The notes: generated by a model not told the origin, from the letters alone. Numbered from the stretch's first letter, positions 9,389 through 20,245 are shown. The stretch is DNA of 64,000 bases from Histomonas meleagridis 2922-C6/04-290x (GCA_020184695.1 JAANOX010000014.1:62001-126000); one strand, 5' to 3'. Made by a program: numbers and translations.

Positions 9389-12300
9389 TTAAATATAACT
9401 AGTAATTTCTGATAAATTCCTAATCATATTGTTTTGTTTTCTAATTGTTTCTTTTTTTCTATCCTTGATTTTGTTCTTATTAATAGATTTACCTAACATC
9501 TTTTCTAAAGGAATATGTAAAGTTTTTCTAATAGTTTTTCTAATTAATAAATTCATTTTGGCTAATCCTCCTTCAAAAATTATCCATTCTGTTTCACTTT
9601 CATTTATTGGTGTACATTTCTTTAATATTGAAATTATTTTATTTCTCATACATTCTTTGATTGGGATAATAAGTTTTTGTCTATAGTTTTTAGTAAGTTT
9701 AGGTAAATGAATCTCATTTTGTTATTCTATTTCTACCCTATTTAACCATTTTCTACATTTTATTAGTATATCATTTCATTCTTCTGAAATTATTTGTTGT
9801 TCTTCTTGTGTCATTTTTATATTTTCTACTTGTTGTCGTTCCTGATTTATATTTTGTTGTTCTTCTTGATTATTTAATTGTTCTCGATTATTATTTTGTA
9901 GTATATCTTGATTATTTGATTGTTCTTGTTGAATGACAGTTTGATTTTGTATAAAAATATTATTATTTCTATTAATTTCTTTATTATTTTGTTGATTGAT
10001 ATTATTATTTCTATTATTGAAGTGATTATTATTGTTATCATCTGTTAATTGTTCTTGAGCTTTAATTTCATTTTCAATCTCATCAATTTGTTTTTGTAAC
10101 AGAATTCTGAATATTGTGGATTTAATTATAATCTTTTGTTTTGGGATAATTGTTCCTTTTATTCTTGAATCACTATGCATTGAAGATGCATGTAATTTGA
10201 AGTTTTTTTCATTAGCTGTAATTGTCTTTTTACAATAACCACATAATAAACCAATTGTTTCTTTCATTAATTCTTTGATATTTGGTGTTCTATTAACTTG
10301 ATTAATTCAATATTTAATAGTCGCCCAAATCCATCCTATTTATGATTTTTTATCAACTATATATTTGTGTTTGGTTTTCATATGTGAAGAAAATGAACCC
10401 TGATTCATAGTAAAATAATCACAATTTGGACAGAAGCAAAAATAATAATTCGAATGATAACTTTGATGTTGGTCTTGTAAATTAACTTGTTCCCAATAAT
10501 TATTCATTAAACTTAAAAAATTTAAAAATTCTAACATTGTACAACCTGGAAATGTTTTATTATGTACTTGTTTCTCATGATATTTCAAATGAGGTACACA
10601 TGTAAATGCTTCTCCATCTCCTTGTGTACATACAAAAGGTCCTACACCTGGCCAACCTTTTTCGAATGCTATAATATTTAAAATTGGTATTTTAAATCTA
10701 TTATTATTGCACATGAATAAGTTCTCGTTTAAATCATTATTCTTCCATTTATTAATTACTAATTTAATTTCTTCTTTAGTATTCGCATTCCTAATATCAT
10801 TTAATAAATTTTCTGGTGTTAAATCTTCTTCATTATTAATATTATTATTATTATTATTTCCATTATTGTGATTATTATTATTTAAATTGATGTTATTGAT
10901 TTGATTTTGATTTTGATTTTGATTTTCTTGTGGAATATTATTGTTATTGTATCCTAAGAATGTAATATTTGAGTTTAGTTGATTTTGATTATTATTGTTA
11001 TTTTGATTTTGAGTTTCATCATTATTTAGATTTATATTAATATTAATATTTGGTAAATTATAGTTTGGGATTGGAAAAATGATATCTTTTTCTACAAATT
11101 TAATTTTTGGTACTTCTATAATTTGTTCATTAACTCTAATCTGTGGAATATTGAATGGCACAATTTCTTCATTGTAATAAGGTATAACAACATTGATTTC
11201 TTCATTATTGATTTTGAAATCTGGAATATCAATAAGGTATTCTTCAACTTTTATTACTGGTAAATCACAATTTATGTTTTATGTGTAATAGAGAAATTAG
11301 GAACATTAACATTAACATTAACTGGATATTGTTTAACTTGTAGAACATGAGAAATGTTCTTATTTGGTCTAATTTTGTTATTTAAGAATTGTAATGTGTC
11401 AGGTCTGATTGATAATGTTCTATTTATAATTCGAAAAGTATCTGGTGGTAAAATTGGACCTCGATAAGAACATATATTTGAGATCTCAATATTGATGTTA
11501 TTTTGTTCGATGATTAATATCCAATATGGTAAATCAATTTCAGTAAAATCTTTGTTTTCATAATGTTCATTAATCAAATAAATTTCTCTCCGAGCATCTG
11601 GATTAATATTATTGAATATTCCAAAATCAACTTGTGTTTTTAATGAATTTAATGCTGTCGGTAATTTTCCGTAAGTTTTTGTCCATGAAAAGATTAACGT
11701 CCAAAATAATCCAACGGTTTGTAAAGAATTCATAATTATTTCTGAACTGTGCGTGTGATTTACATGGTTGATTAATTTAAAATTGTCAGAAATAATTTTA
11801 TAACAATTTGGAAACGGACAGAATCTTTTAAAATTTTTTGATTATATAATGTACTTGTTTTTAGTCAATAATCTTTGTATGATTCTTTCGTGAAAGAGTA
11901 ATTCTTGATTAGGGTCGATACCATGTTCTTCTGACAAGTGTTTTAACAATATTTGAAAGTTTTCTGTGAAAAAATTACATTCTGGAACTAATGAACAACA
12001 AAATGGTTCGGGTAATGGGATATCACGAAATTCATTTAATTTGAATAATTGAGAAATTGGGAAATTTAAAAAATTATAAATTAATAATAAATTTTGTTGT
12101 AACCAAATGTTAGGCTATGGTATTCGTCTCTTAATTGCTTTGATAATAATTCTTTTAATTTCTTCTTTGTTGGAAAAATCTTTATTAATTATATAATTTT
12201 GTAAAAAGTTTTGTGATGTTCGATCTGTAATAATTTCTTTGTTATCTCTGTGATAATTTTCATTAATATCCCATATATTAGTCTTATCTTGTAATACATG

Positions 12301-12534
12301 GTCGAACTTTAAAATATAAATATCTTCATAATTATTCGTAATTATATATTCGTTTCCTGTTGATTGTAATCTAGAGGTATGATCCTCTATTCCTGTAAAA
12401 TTGTTAGTCTGAAGTTTTGAATTTCCGAATAATCTATCTGATGAAAATTCGAATTTTAAGGAGAAGATATCATTCGATTTCTCTCCCTGTAACGGAGCTA
12501 AAGACGAATTCTCAGCAAAAATAGAACTCTCCAT
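9389..12534 (-). pseudogene. Degenerate ~1000-codon multi-C2H2 zinc-finger ORF (N-terminal half of the retroelement protein)
   Basis: Track ORFs 12115-12732 (from ATG 12534), 11272-11733, 10340-11161, 9776-10267 and 9389-9649 join through single stops or frameshifts. Fingers: CSLVPECNFFTENFQILLKHLSEEH, CPFPNCYKLF/SDNFKLINHVNHTH, CPNCDYFTMNQGSFSSHMKTKH, CGYCKKTITANEKNFKLHASSMH. Confidence 0.8.
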
Positions 12535-12551
12535 CAAAAAACAAAAAAATT

Positions 12552-12624
12552 CACCTTCGACGGGATTCGAACCCGCAACCCCAGGATTAAAAGTCCTATG
12601 CTCTAACCGTTGAGCTACGAAGGT
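12552..12624 (-). tRNA. tRNA-Lys(UUU)
   Basis: ACCTTCG/CGAAGGT acceptor stem, TAGGA-CT-TTT-AA-TCCTG anticodon arm, GGTTCGAATCCC T-arm; 73 nt followed by a T-tract terminator. Confidence 0.97.
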
Positions 12625-12864
12625 TTCTGGAATATATTTGAATATATATATTATAATCGATATTATACTTGATCTCATATTTTTATTATTATATTTATTT
12701 ATCTTATTAACCTCAAATAATTTACCGAACAATAAAAATATACTTAAAATAATATATGTTCAAAACATATATTCATTTTGTGTAATTCAGAAACAAATAT
12801 ATCATTCAATTTTTTGATTAAGAGTTATCAATTTATTTTAAATTGAATTAACGAATGTTGAAAG

Positions 12865-15800
12865 ATGCATCTCGGAACAAAAGATCATTTTCAAGAAAAT
12901 GCATCACAACTAAAGACTGATCGATTGAAAAAAAAGATACAATTTGTTCAAGATGAAATTTCCAAAACAAGAAAAGAGATCCTCCAACTCCAAATTGAGA
13001 AATTTCAATTAAATAACCCATTAAAACCAGACGGAAAGACATCAACAATTGAAAAGACCACACGCGTTTTAGAAAATTTTGATATTACTTTAGAAAGATT
13101 AAACATTTCCAATTATCTAATTTCAGTTTTCAATCAGATATCACAAATAATTCAAGGGAGCCCCAAGATCAAAAACAACAAAATGACATCAACCAAAAAA
13201 ATAGTCAAACCAATTATTAACAAAAATGATTTATTGACTCCACGAAAAAAAATGCAAATTCAGTTTGCCGTTAAAACAGCACCAAGTTCCCCAAAACGTC
13301 AAAAAAATTCCTTAACAAATCAACAAAAAAACCAAACAAAACAATTAACGTTCATCGAGCAAGAACTTCAAAGCAAATTCGGAACCACAGATCCCACTCG
13401 TATCTATTTCAAATGCTCAATTATAGAACGAAGACATCAATATCTTCAAAAAACTTCACATGACCTTAAACAAGAAAATCATAATTTGAAATCCAAAATT
13501 GATCATCTCAAAGGTCAAATTGAATCTTTAAATTTTAAAAGAGATGACAAACGACTCATAACAGAAGGACAACGATTATTAACAGAACTTCATGATAAAC
13601 GCGAAGCAATAACAAAAGAACTTAATGAAACAAAAGAAATTAATACCCGAATAAAACAAATTATAAATCAAATTTCGCATAAAATATCTTCAAAACGAAT
13701 AAGTTACGAAACACTTCAAGACGAAATCGAATGGATTCATGCGCAAGTTATTATAATAAATGAAAATAACAACAATAATAATAAAGCAATTAATAACAAT
13801 AACAAATATAATACAAATAATAACAATAATAATAATATCACAATTGATCACAATGAAGAAGAAGAAGACAAATTCGATCCAATTATATCAGTTGTTCCAC
13901 AACTTAAATTGGATTCTATCACAACATCGAATAACATATTTTTGCCTGGAACACGAAGTTCGAGGCGTATAATGTCATCACAAATTAATATTAATGTTGA
14001 TAAAGAACTTTCGTTAATTGGTAAATTACTTGGTAACATAACAATTAAACGATTTTCGAGTTCTTTTTATCAGCATAAAAACGAATTACATGAATTTAAT
14101 TATAATGTTCAGCTTCCTTCAGCTGTAATTTTTAATGTTGAGTTAACTTATATTATACCTTTGTATTACAAATATAAAGATAATATTTATTTAACAATGT
14201 TTGAGAATATCGAAATTAAAGAATTCGATTCGAATTTTTTGGAATTTATTTCATCCAAAAAATATTTTTTGGATAATTTAAAACTTAAAGAAAACGAATT
14301 TTTGGACTCAATTAAATTTTATATTGAAACTGATTTATTAATTACATTATATTTTTTAGGTGATTTTACAAATAATAATATAATTAAAAATGTTTTGGAT
14401 TTATTAGTTCCGATTTATAACACGAAAAAAAATAATTTCGATTACGTAAATAACCAAAATGAAATAATCGCATGGTGTTATTTAATTGGAACATTTTATG
14501 CAAAAGAAAAAAATTTTAATTATGAAACTTTTAATTCTTTAATTTTTGTCGATTTTACTAAGTTTATAATGAATGATTCAATCGAATCAACTAAAATTGG
14601 GTTTATAATGTGTATAATGTTAAGATTTGGATGTGCTTTTCCGAATATGTTTTTGAGTTTAATCGAAATAAATGAACAACAAACATTGTTTCTGATTAAA
14701 TTCCTTGAAAAATATTATCATTATCCAACATTTATTAATTGTGTGTGCGAGTTTTTTATTTCTATAATGAAATTCTTAAGTAATGAAACTATTATTTTAC
14801 ATACTTCGATGTTTTTTAATTTTTTTATTGATGAAATTTATAAAACTGAAATATTAACGAAAAATATTTCTGCATATATAAACGTTCTTTGTAATATAAT
14901 AGAAAACAGAAATGATAAAATAATTGAACATATTAAAAATATGAATTTCTTACATTTCTTTCAATCTAATTTCTCACTTGAATATGAAATGTCTAAATCA
15001 AAATCTAATAAAACAATTCAACAAAATATTAACAATAACGATAACGTTCCCCCAATTCAAATTAATATCAACGATAGCAATAACGTTCCTTCACTTAACT
15101 TTAATGCAAATTCAATTAAATTGAACGAAGAAAAAATTGAAGAGAAAACCGATGTAAACGATAAAAAGTTATATCTTGAAAAAAGAAAAAAATATCCAAT
15201 TTATATATCAGATGAAATACATACTTTATTTATCAGAGCTATATTTTCTTTATTGATAGATAGTTCTGTCCATAGGTTTGATTCCAATTTTTGTGATCCT
15301 TTTCCTCATGTTAATAAGAAATTAAACATTTTATTTATCATAATGAAGCATATGGAAAACCCCGAAAATGTTGAAATTGCTAAGAAAATCAACAAATTAA
15401 TGGAAGAAAGCTTAGATCCAACCATTCAAGATAAGAAACGACTTTTAAGATTAACTGTTCCATATTTTTTTACACCTTCAAAATATGCTAATGGAAGGCA
15501 TATTGCAAATGGAGCATTTGGGTCAGTTATGGCTGTTAAGATTAACGAGAAATATTATGCTGTGAAAATGTTAAATAAGTCGATGAACGAATTTGAGGAT
15601 CCTTGTTTGTACAAAGCTTTTTCTGAGGTTTCAATTCTGGAGCTTTGCCAGAACGATAGAAGGGTGGCCCAATTAACCGATTACGGGTGCACCCTAAATT
15701 CATATTACATCATAATGGATTATTATCCAACAACTTTAAAGGTTTGGAGAAAAAACAATACACCTGAATTGGGTACTTTATTAAGAATATTTTATGAGTT

Positions 15801-16368
15801 TTTAAAGGTGGCAACCGTGTTGACTGAAAAAAAGATTAATCATTTCGATATTAAATGTGATAATGTGATGATGAACACGAAAGGTGAGCCATGTATTGGG
15901 GATTTTGGTGAAGCAATGTGTTACACCGACGAAAATAATTCTAATACATTATTAAATAAAGGTACAGAATGGATAAAATCGCCTGAAATGTTGTCAATTG
16001 CACTTGATTCTACAAAAGAAAACCCTAGTTTTGATAGAAGAAAGAAAATAGGTGCTGGACCGGCATCAGATAATTGGTCAATTGGTTGTTTGTTCTATGA
16101 ATTGATAACAGGAGATTACCTTTTCATGGAGCCAAACTGGAGCCATTTTTTTATGAGAGTTACGGATAGTTCAAAGGAATTGTTGACGGAAGAAAATAAG
16201 AAAAAACTTCCGAACGATTTAAGGTATCAGCAGTTCATAGAGTTCATCTTGCAAAGGACAGTGAGATCGAGACCAAACTTAGAACAGATAATTTCGAAAT
16301 TTAATGAAATGTTTCCTGAGGCATCAAAACAAAACCTTCCATCGATTGAGATGCCAAATTTGTTGTAA
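12865..16368 (+). CDS. Large protein with N-terminal coiled coil and C-terminal Ser/Thr protein kinase domain
   Basis: ANGAFGSV, AVK, HFDIKCDN, DFGE, GTEWIKSPEM and SDNWSIGC motifs; heptad-rich N-terminus and an Asn-rich linker. Confidence 0.88.
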   Translation: MHLGTKDHFQENASQLKTDRLKKKIQFVQDEISKTRKEILQLQIEKFQLNNPLKPDGKTSTIEKTTRVLENFDITLERLNISNYLISVFNQISQIIQGSPKIKNNKMTSTKKIVKPIINKNDLLTPRKKMQIQFAVKTAPSSPKRQKNSLTNQQKNQTKQLTFIEQELQSKFGTTDPTRIYFKCSIIERRHQYLQKTSHDLKQENHNLKSKIDHLKGQIESLNFKRDDKRLITEGQRLLTELHDKREAITKELNETKEINTRIKQIINQISHKISSKRISYETLQDEIEWIHAQVIIINENNNNNNKAINNNNKYNTNNNNNNNITIDHNEEEEDKFDPIISVVPQLKLDSITTSNNIFLPGTRSSRRIMSSQININVDKELSLIGKLLGNITIKRFSSSFYQHKNELHEFNYNVQLPSAVIFNVELTYIIPLYYKYKDNIYLTMFENIEIKEFDSNFLEFISSKKYFLDNLKLKENEFLDSIKFYIETDLLITLYFLGDFTNNNIIKNVLDLLVPIYNTKKNNFDYVNNQNEIIAWCYLIGTFYAKEKNFNYETFNSLIFVDFTKFIMNDSIESTKIGFIMCIMLRFGCAFPNMFLSLIEINEQQTLFLIKFLEKYYHYPTFINCVCEFFISIMKFLSNETIILHTSMFFNFFIDEIYKTEILTKNISAYINVLCNIIENRNDKIIEHIKNMNFLHFFQSNFSLEYEMSKSKSNKTIQQNINNNDNVPPIQININDSNNVPSLNFNANSIKLNEEKIEEKTDVNDKKLYLEKRKKYPIYISDEIHTLFIRAIFSLLIDSSVHRFDSNFCDPFPHVNKKLNILFIIMKHMENPENVEIAKKINKLMEESLDPTIQDKKRLLRLTVPYFFTPSKYANGRHIANGAFGSVMAVKINEKYYAVKMLNKSMNEFEDPCLYKAFSEVSILELCQNDRRVAQLTDYGCTLNSYYIIMDYYPTTLKVWRKNNTPELGTLLRIFYEFLKVATVLTEKKINHFDIKCDNVMMNTKGEPCIGDFGEAMCYTDENNSNTLLNKGTEWIKSPEMLSIALDSTKENPSFDRRKKIGAGPASDNWSIGCLFYELITGDYLFMEPNWSHFFMRVTDSSKELLTEENKKKLPNDLRYQQFIEFILQRTVRSRPNLEQIISKFNEMFPEASKQNLPSIEMPNLL

Positions 16369-16854
16369 TTAAATATTTAGAGATATATTTTTATTGTGCT
16401 ATTTTTTGTAAAATGTGGAAGCTGCAGCTTTCGCATGATAAAAAATATAAATGAATTAACAATTTTCATGAAAATGTGTGCGGGGAACAGAAGCTTCTGT
16501 TACAACTACCATTTCAAAGTTGGAACGTCAATTCCGTACGTAAAATAGCTATTTTAATTTTCAAATTAATTTGATATCATTATTAGATTTTTTTTTAGGG
16601 ATACATTATTTTAATTTATATAAATATTTATTTGTTTTGTTTCCTGAAATAATGTTACATTCTTAATAGCCACAAGCTGAATCAAGCACAAGCTTGTATC
16701 TATTGAGTGTTGCCTGAAAAATCATGTGTCATAATTCGAAAATTGACAGATAAAAAAAATATTTACAAAGCCTATTTAGACATTATCTGATGCCATTTGA
16801 GAAATGATGAAAGTTTGTGTTTTTGCGTTTGGAGTGATTTTTAACGTTCACCTT

Positions 16855-16873
16855 AACGGTTTGGCCGACCTTT
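16855..16873 (+). promoter_or_regulatory. Trichomonas-type M3 (AACGGTTT) plus M5 (CCTTT) core promoter of rpl23a
   Basis: AACGGTTT at 16855 and CCTTT at 16869, just before the ATG at 16877. The same pair precedes rpl10. Motif names are from T. vaginalis core-promoter work, recalled rather than searched. Confidence 0.65.
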
Positions 16874-16876
16874 TGA

Positions 16877-17293
16877 ATGTCTGGTAAAGCTGAAGCTGCC
16901 GCCGCTGCTGCCACAAAGGGTCAACAAAAACAAATCAAGAAGACAAGAAATTTCAAGAAATTCCAAAAGCCAAAGGCTACAATCCCAGCAAAGAAACCAC
17001 AATATGAGCATAAAGCTGTTCAACCAGTTTCTTTAAAGCGCAATGATTACAAGATCATTAAGGGTCCAGTCACATCTGATAAGGCTTCTCGTAAACTTGA
17101 AGATGAAAACACAATGACTTTTTATGTTGATATCCGCGCTAAGAAACCAGAAATTGCCGCTGCCATCAATCGCCTTTATCACGTTAAGCCAGTAAGCGTT
17201 AAGACACTTATCACACCTAAGTTCCTTAAAAAGGCATATGTTCGTCTTCCTGAAGAAGTTGAAGCAATGAACCTTGCTAACGAAATGGCTTAA
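16877..17293 (+). CDS. rpl23a: 60S ribosomal protein L23a (uL23)
   Basis: YKIIKGPVTSDKA..KLEDENTMTFYVDIRAKKPEI..AI..LY.VK..SV.TLITP..LKKAYVRL. Confidence 0.95.
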   Translation: MSGKAEAAAAAATKGQQKQIKKTRNFKKFQKPKATIPAKKPQYEHKAVQPVSLKRNDYKIIKGPVTSDKASRKLEDENTMTFYVDIRAKKPEIAAAINRLYHVKPVSVKTLITPKFLKKAYVRLPEEVEAMNLANEMA

Positions 17294-17815
17294 CAATAGG
17301 ACTTGGAATAACTAAAAACAGACATCAGATTTTTCTTTATTCTGTTTTCCTTTTTTCGATACAATCAATAAAATTTAAATTTCACATTAAGTACCAAATG
17401 CTATAGCAATCATAAGCCCATCTTAAGTAACCGAAGAATTAGAGAATGATTATGAGCATTAATACAAATACAGAAGAAAATAATTAGAAATTAAAATTTT
17501 AAAACTATACCTTAAAACTTAGCAAAGAAAAAAAAAGAAAAAAAAAAGAAAAAAATGAATGTAGAATTTGGATTTTATTGATTTCTCATAATGATTTAAA
17601 TGACTATTTTAAAATTTTTGAATTCTATGTGTTAGTTGATATGAAAGATTGTTCAGAGAGATCTTGATCTCACCACGAAGTAGCTGAACGAGAGGAAAAT
17701 CTCATCATCACAATAACATACACTGTTGCCTATGATATTATGGTAAAATGAATTCAAAAGGTCTATTTGGTCTTACGGAAACGTTTATTTTTCCACTTTT
17801 TTACGTTAAGCATTA

Positions 17816-18205
17816 ATGAAAAAACAAAAAAATATCGAATCTTTGCTAAAATCAGAGGATAACCCTCAAATTATATTAAATGCAATGTTGAAAGATTTTG
17901 ATCTTCCTGCTATTGATTCTAACTCATCGAAATTAAAAACAAGAAAACGAAAATTTGTATCAGTTGGAACGCAAGCTGAACAGGAAATCCAAGTAGAAAC
18001 CAAAGAATGTGTTGCAAATTGGATTTTTGGTCCATCTCCAACTCTTCATCCCATGCCATCTGATTTAACCATTGAAAATTTTGAGATCATTTCTAATGAG
18101 CCCACATCCAAACCTTCACACACCAATTTTGATGACGGATCATATCCAGACGATCCAATTCTCAGACAACTTCGTAAACGACTCAAACTTTTATCAAAGG
18201 ATTAA
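17816..18205 (+). CDS. Hypothetical protein (129 aa)
   Basis: ATG ORF preceded by an Inr-like sequence, with natural composition; no family motif. Confidence 0.7.
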   Translation: MKKQKNIESLLKSEDNPQIILNAMLKDFDLPAIDSNSSKLKTRKRKFVSVGTQAEQEIQVETKECVANWIFGPSPTLHPMPSDLTIENFEIISNEPTSKPSHTNFDDGSYPDDPILRQLRKRLKLLSKD

Positions 18206-18206
18206 A

Positions 18207-19517
18207 TTAATAATCTTTAAATTCCCAATCTGACCTTGAAATGAACAACTCCTTTTGGAACGATTTCACAGAGAAGTTACCGTTTGGGTCTGTTTTGATT
18301 ACAATGTTTCCCAAAGTGCATTCTTTCGCCAAGCATCTCAAGTTGGTGGTTTTCGGCGGTTGGAAGCTATCGTCCACACCACCCCAAATAACCGTGACGG
18401 TTTCACCGTTATCAGGTTTGATGTCATTAATCTTCAGCAAGATTCTCGATCCTGCTAATGACACTTCACAGTTTTCACCTTCAGGATTTCCGAACCCTTC
18501 ACTATCGACACCAATAATGATATCTGATAAAGCAACTTTTGATCTAATTTTAATCTGTATTTTTCCTTTTCCATTTTCACGTTCAAAAGTCGAAGCAACT
18601 TGGAATGGAAGTGCTTCGTCATTATGAACTTTGCTTTGGAAAACTAATACTTTAGTTTCTTTTTGTAAAAGCTCTAACGGTTTTTCGCACTTGTAAATTC
18701 CCTCTGGTGTAAAGTTCAGAATTTGTTGGTTGTATTTTTCGTCTTCGATTAACGTTCCCGGCACCATTGCGAAGCAAAGAGGCCCGCTCTCGGCTCCTCC
18801 TGATGCCTTTATCTCCAATGAGTTATTACATTCAATGAGCTGTATTGTGTTGTTAACAAAGTTAAATTGCGCTTCTTGCAAAAGTTTAGCTGATATGAAT
18901 CCTTTCGAATCTTCAACAGGAAATGAATCAGATATTGATGCAACAACTTCATTAGATGCAAGTGAATCTGTGACAGAAGTTTCGTTCGTTGATGAATCGT
19001 ATTTGGGTTCTGTTTGATTGTTTGTGAAATCTCCTGAAAGTTTGGGTTCCATTTTGAATGAAATGGCTGGATTAATGGATACATCTATTATGTTATTGAG
19101 TGATTTTGTAACTTGTTGTGGAATTATTCCACCTGGAGTTTGGGTAAGAAGTGATCTGATTGCATGATATAGAACTGAGCGATTAGAGTAATCGCGAAGA
19201 TCTATATCACCACTACCACTATGTATTGCATTAATGCAGTTTGTTACTCTTTCCATTGTGGAGGATAATAATGGAATGCTAAAATTATGGTATGTGCTAA
19301 CGCCAAAGATATACCCACGATGCCAGCGTAAATAGGTGCTGGTAGCTCCAACAAATAAAACTCTGCGTGAATTAATTGGAAGTGGATCTTGTTGAATTCG
19401 ACTTGCAATTGCACGAACAATATTAAGCAATTCTTTTTGAGTCATCTCGACACCATCGCTGCAAATAAAAAGATCGTCTGAAATGTTTTTGTATGCAAAT
19501 ATTCCTCCACAAAACAT
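18207..19517 (-). CDS. Probable mu-homology-domain trafficking adaptor-like protein
   Basis: N-terminal longin-like segment, low-complexity linker and beta-rich C-terminal domain (LPFQVASTF...IKIRSKVALSDIIIGV), the layout of AP mu/delta-COP/muniscin proteins. Start placed at MFCGG (ATG 19517), behind an AAAAGTGAC motif. Confidence 0.55.
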   Translation of the reverse strand: MFCGGIFAYKNISDDLFICSDGVEMTQKELLNIVRAIASRIQQDPLPINSRRVLFVGATSTYLRWHRGYIFGVSTYHNFSIPLLSSTMERVTNCINAIHSGSGDIDLRDYSNRSVLYHAIRSLLTQTPGGIIPQQVTKSLNNIIDVSINPAISFKMEPKLSGDFTNNQTEPKYDSSTNETSVTDSLASNEVVASISDSFPVEDSKGFISAKLLQEAQFNFVNNTIQLIECNNSLEIKASGGAESGPLCFAMVPGTLIEDEKYNQQILNFTPEGIYKCEKPLELLQKETKVLVFQSKVHNDEALPFQVASTFERENGKGKIQIKIRSKVALSDIIIGVDSEGFGNPEGENCEVSLAGSRILLKINDIKPDNGETVTVIWGGVDDSFQPPKTTNLRCLAKECTLGNIVIKTDPNGNFSVKSFQKELFISRSDWEFKDY

Positions 19518-19837
19518 CGAAATAAAGCAGTTGTCACTTTTTATATCAATGAGCAACAAAACTTAAATATCCAGAGATTATTTTTGAAACTTGCGATTAT
19601 AATTGGACCAAAAGCTATTTGCTTTGATGAATTTAATTTGTGGCAATTTTGATTTTAAGCAAAAAAATCAACAAATTAATCATCCAAGATTTAAGCATAT
19701 TTTTTTATTGTAGGAATGTTCAAATTTAATTACACTAATTTTAAATGCATGTGTATCTAAATTTGATTTAATAATTAAATTTATTTTAAAAAATTATAAA
19801 TTAACATAAATTTTATATTTACAACATGGCAAATCAA

Positions 19838-20245
19838 TTACTTGGCTGGTCCAGCACTCATGATTTTAGTCATAAAGGATTGGAAGAATTGAAGTTCATT
19901 TTCGAGAACATGGTTTTCAACACGAAGAGCTTCTGCTTTGCTGCAGAGGTCAAGCGTGCGTCTTCTGAGTTCATCATTAGCAGCTTCAAGCTCACTAAGA
20001 TATTGATCTTTCTTCTGTCTCCATTTTTGTGCTGCAATACGATTTCTTTCTTTAAGGTCTGCCTTTTCATCTTGATCTTTGTTATCACTTGGTGGTGACA
20101 TTGGTTGATTGTTTGGAATTGGCATTGGAATCATTTGAGCAATATTCTGTGGTACTTGAAGAGAAGGAATCATTGTTCTAAGTGGTGAAGGTAAAGGTAA
20201 TGGGGTTTGGATCAATGAAGCTGTTGCAGGTGGGATAAATTGCAT
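19838..20245 (-). CDS. bZIP transcription factor
   Basis: Basic region KERNRIAAQKWRQKK followed by leucine zipper L......L......L......L; Pro-rich N-terminus. Confidence 0.93.
   Translation of the reverse strand: MQFIPPATASLIQTPLPLPSPLRTMIPSLQVPQNIAQMIPMPIPNNQPMSPPSDNKDQDEKADLKERNRIAAQKWRQKKDQYLSELEAANDELRRRTLDLCSKAEALRVENHVLENELQFFQSFMTKIMSAGPAK

Larger units (their letters stand above)
5452..12551 (-). mobile_element. Degenerate tRNA-Lys-associated element, probably an RLE-type (NeSL/R2-like) non-LTR retrotransposon lacking its RT core
   Basis: Flanked by a 14-nt direct repeat of the tRNA 3' end. It carries an N-terminal ORF with several C2H2 fingers and a C-terminal SLGA...LK.L....A..V.KRCS.AAL.ES motif resembling the RLE C-terminus. 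No RT motifs are visible; the centre is replaced by a MULE. Confidence 0.62.

Noticed and set aside
9389-12534. Stop-codon reassignment explaining in-frame stops
   Set aside because: Conserved housekeeping genes in the window have no internal stops and end in TAA, other long intact ORFs end in TAG or TGA, and the element also has frameshifts; ordinary decay explains it.
5438-12624. Prokaryote-style integrase island (attL/attR at the tRNA T-loop)
   Set aside because: The geometry fits, but no tyrosine or serine recombinase motif is visible and the coding content is eukaryotic zinc-finger and RLE-like. A recombinase in the deleted part cannot be formally excluded.
12535-12732. N-terminal part of track ORF 12115-12732
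   Set aside because: It reads through the tRNA-Lys gene and AT-rich spacer; the real ORF starts at ATG 12534.
17270-17325. Possible intron or recoding at the short C-terminus of rpl23a (NEMA*, downstream ACTAAAAACAG)
   Set aside because: There is no GT donor, and joining does not yield the expected conserved tail; most likely a naturally short end.
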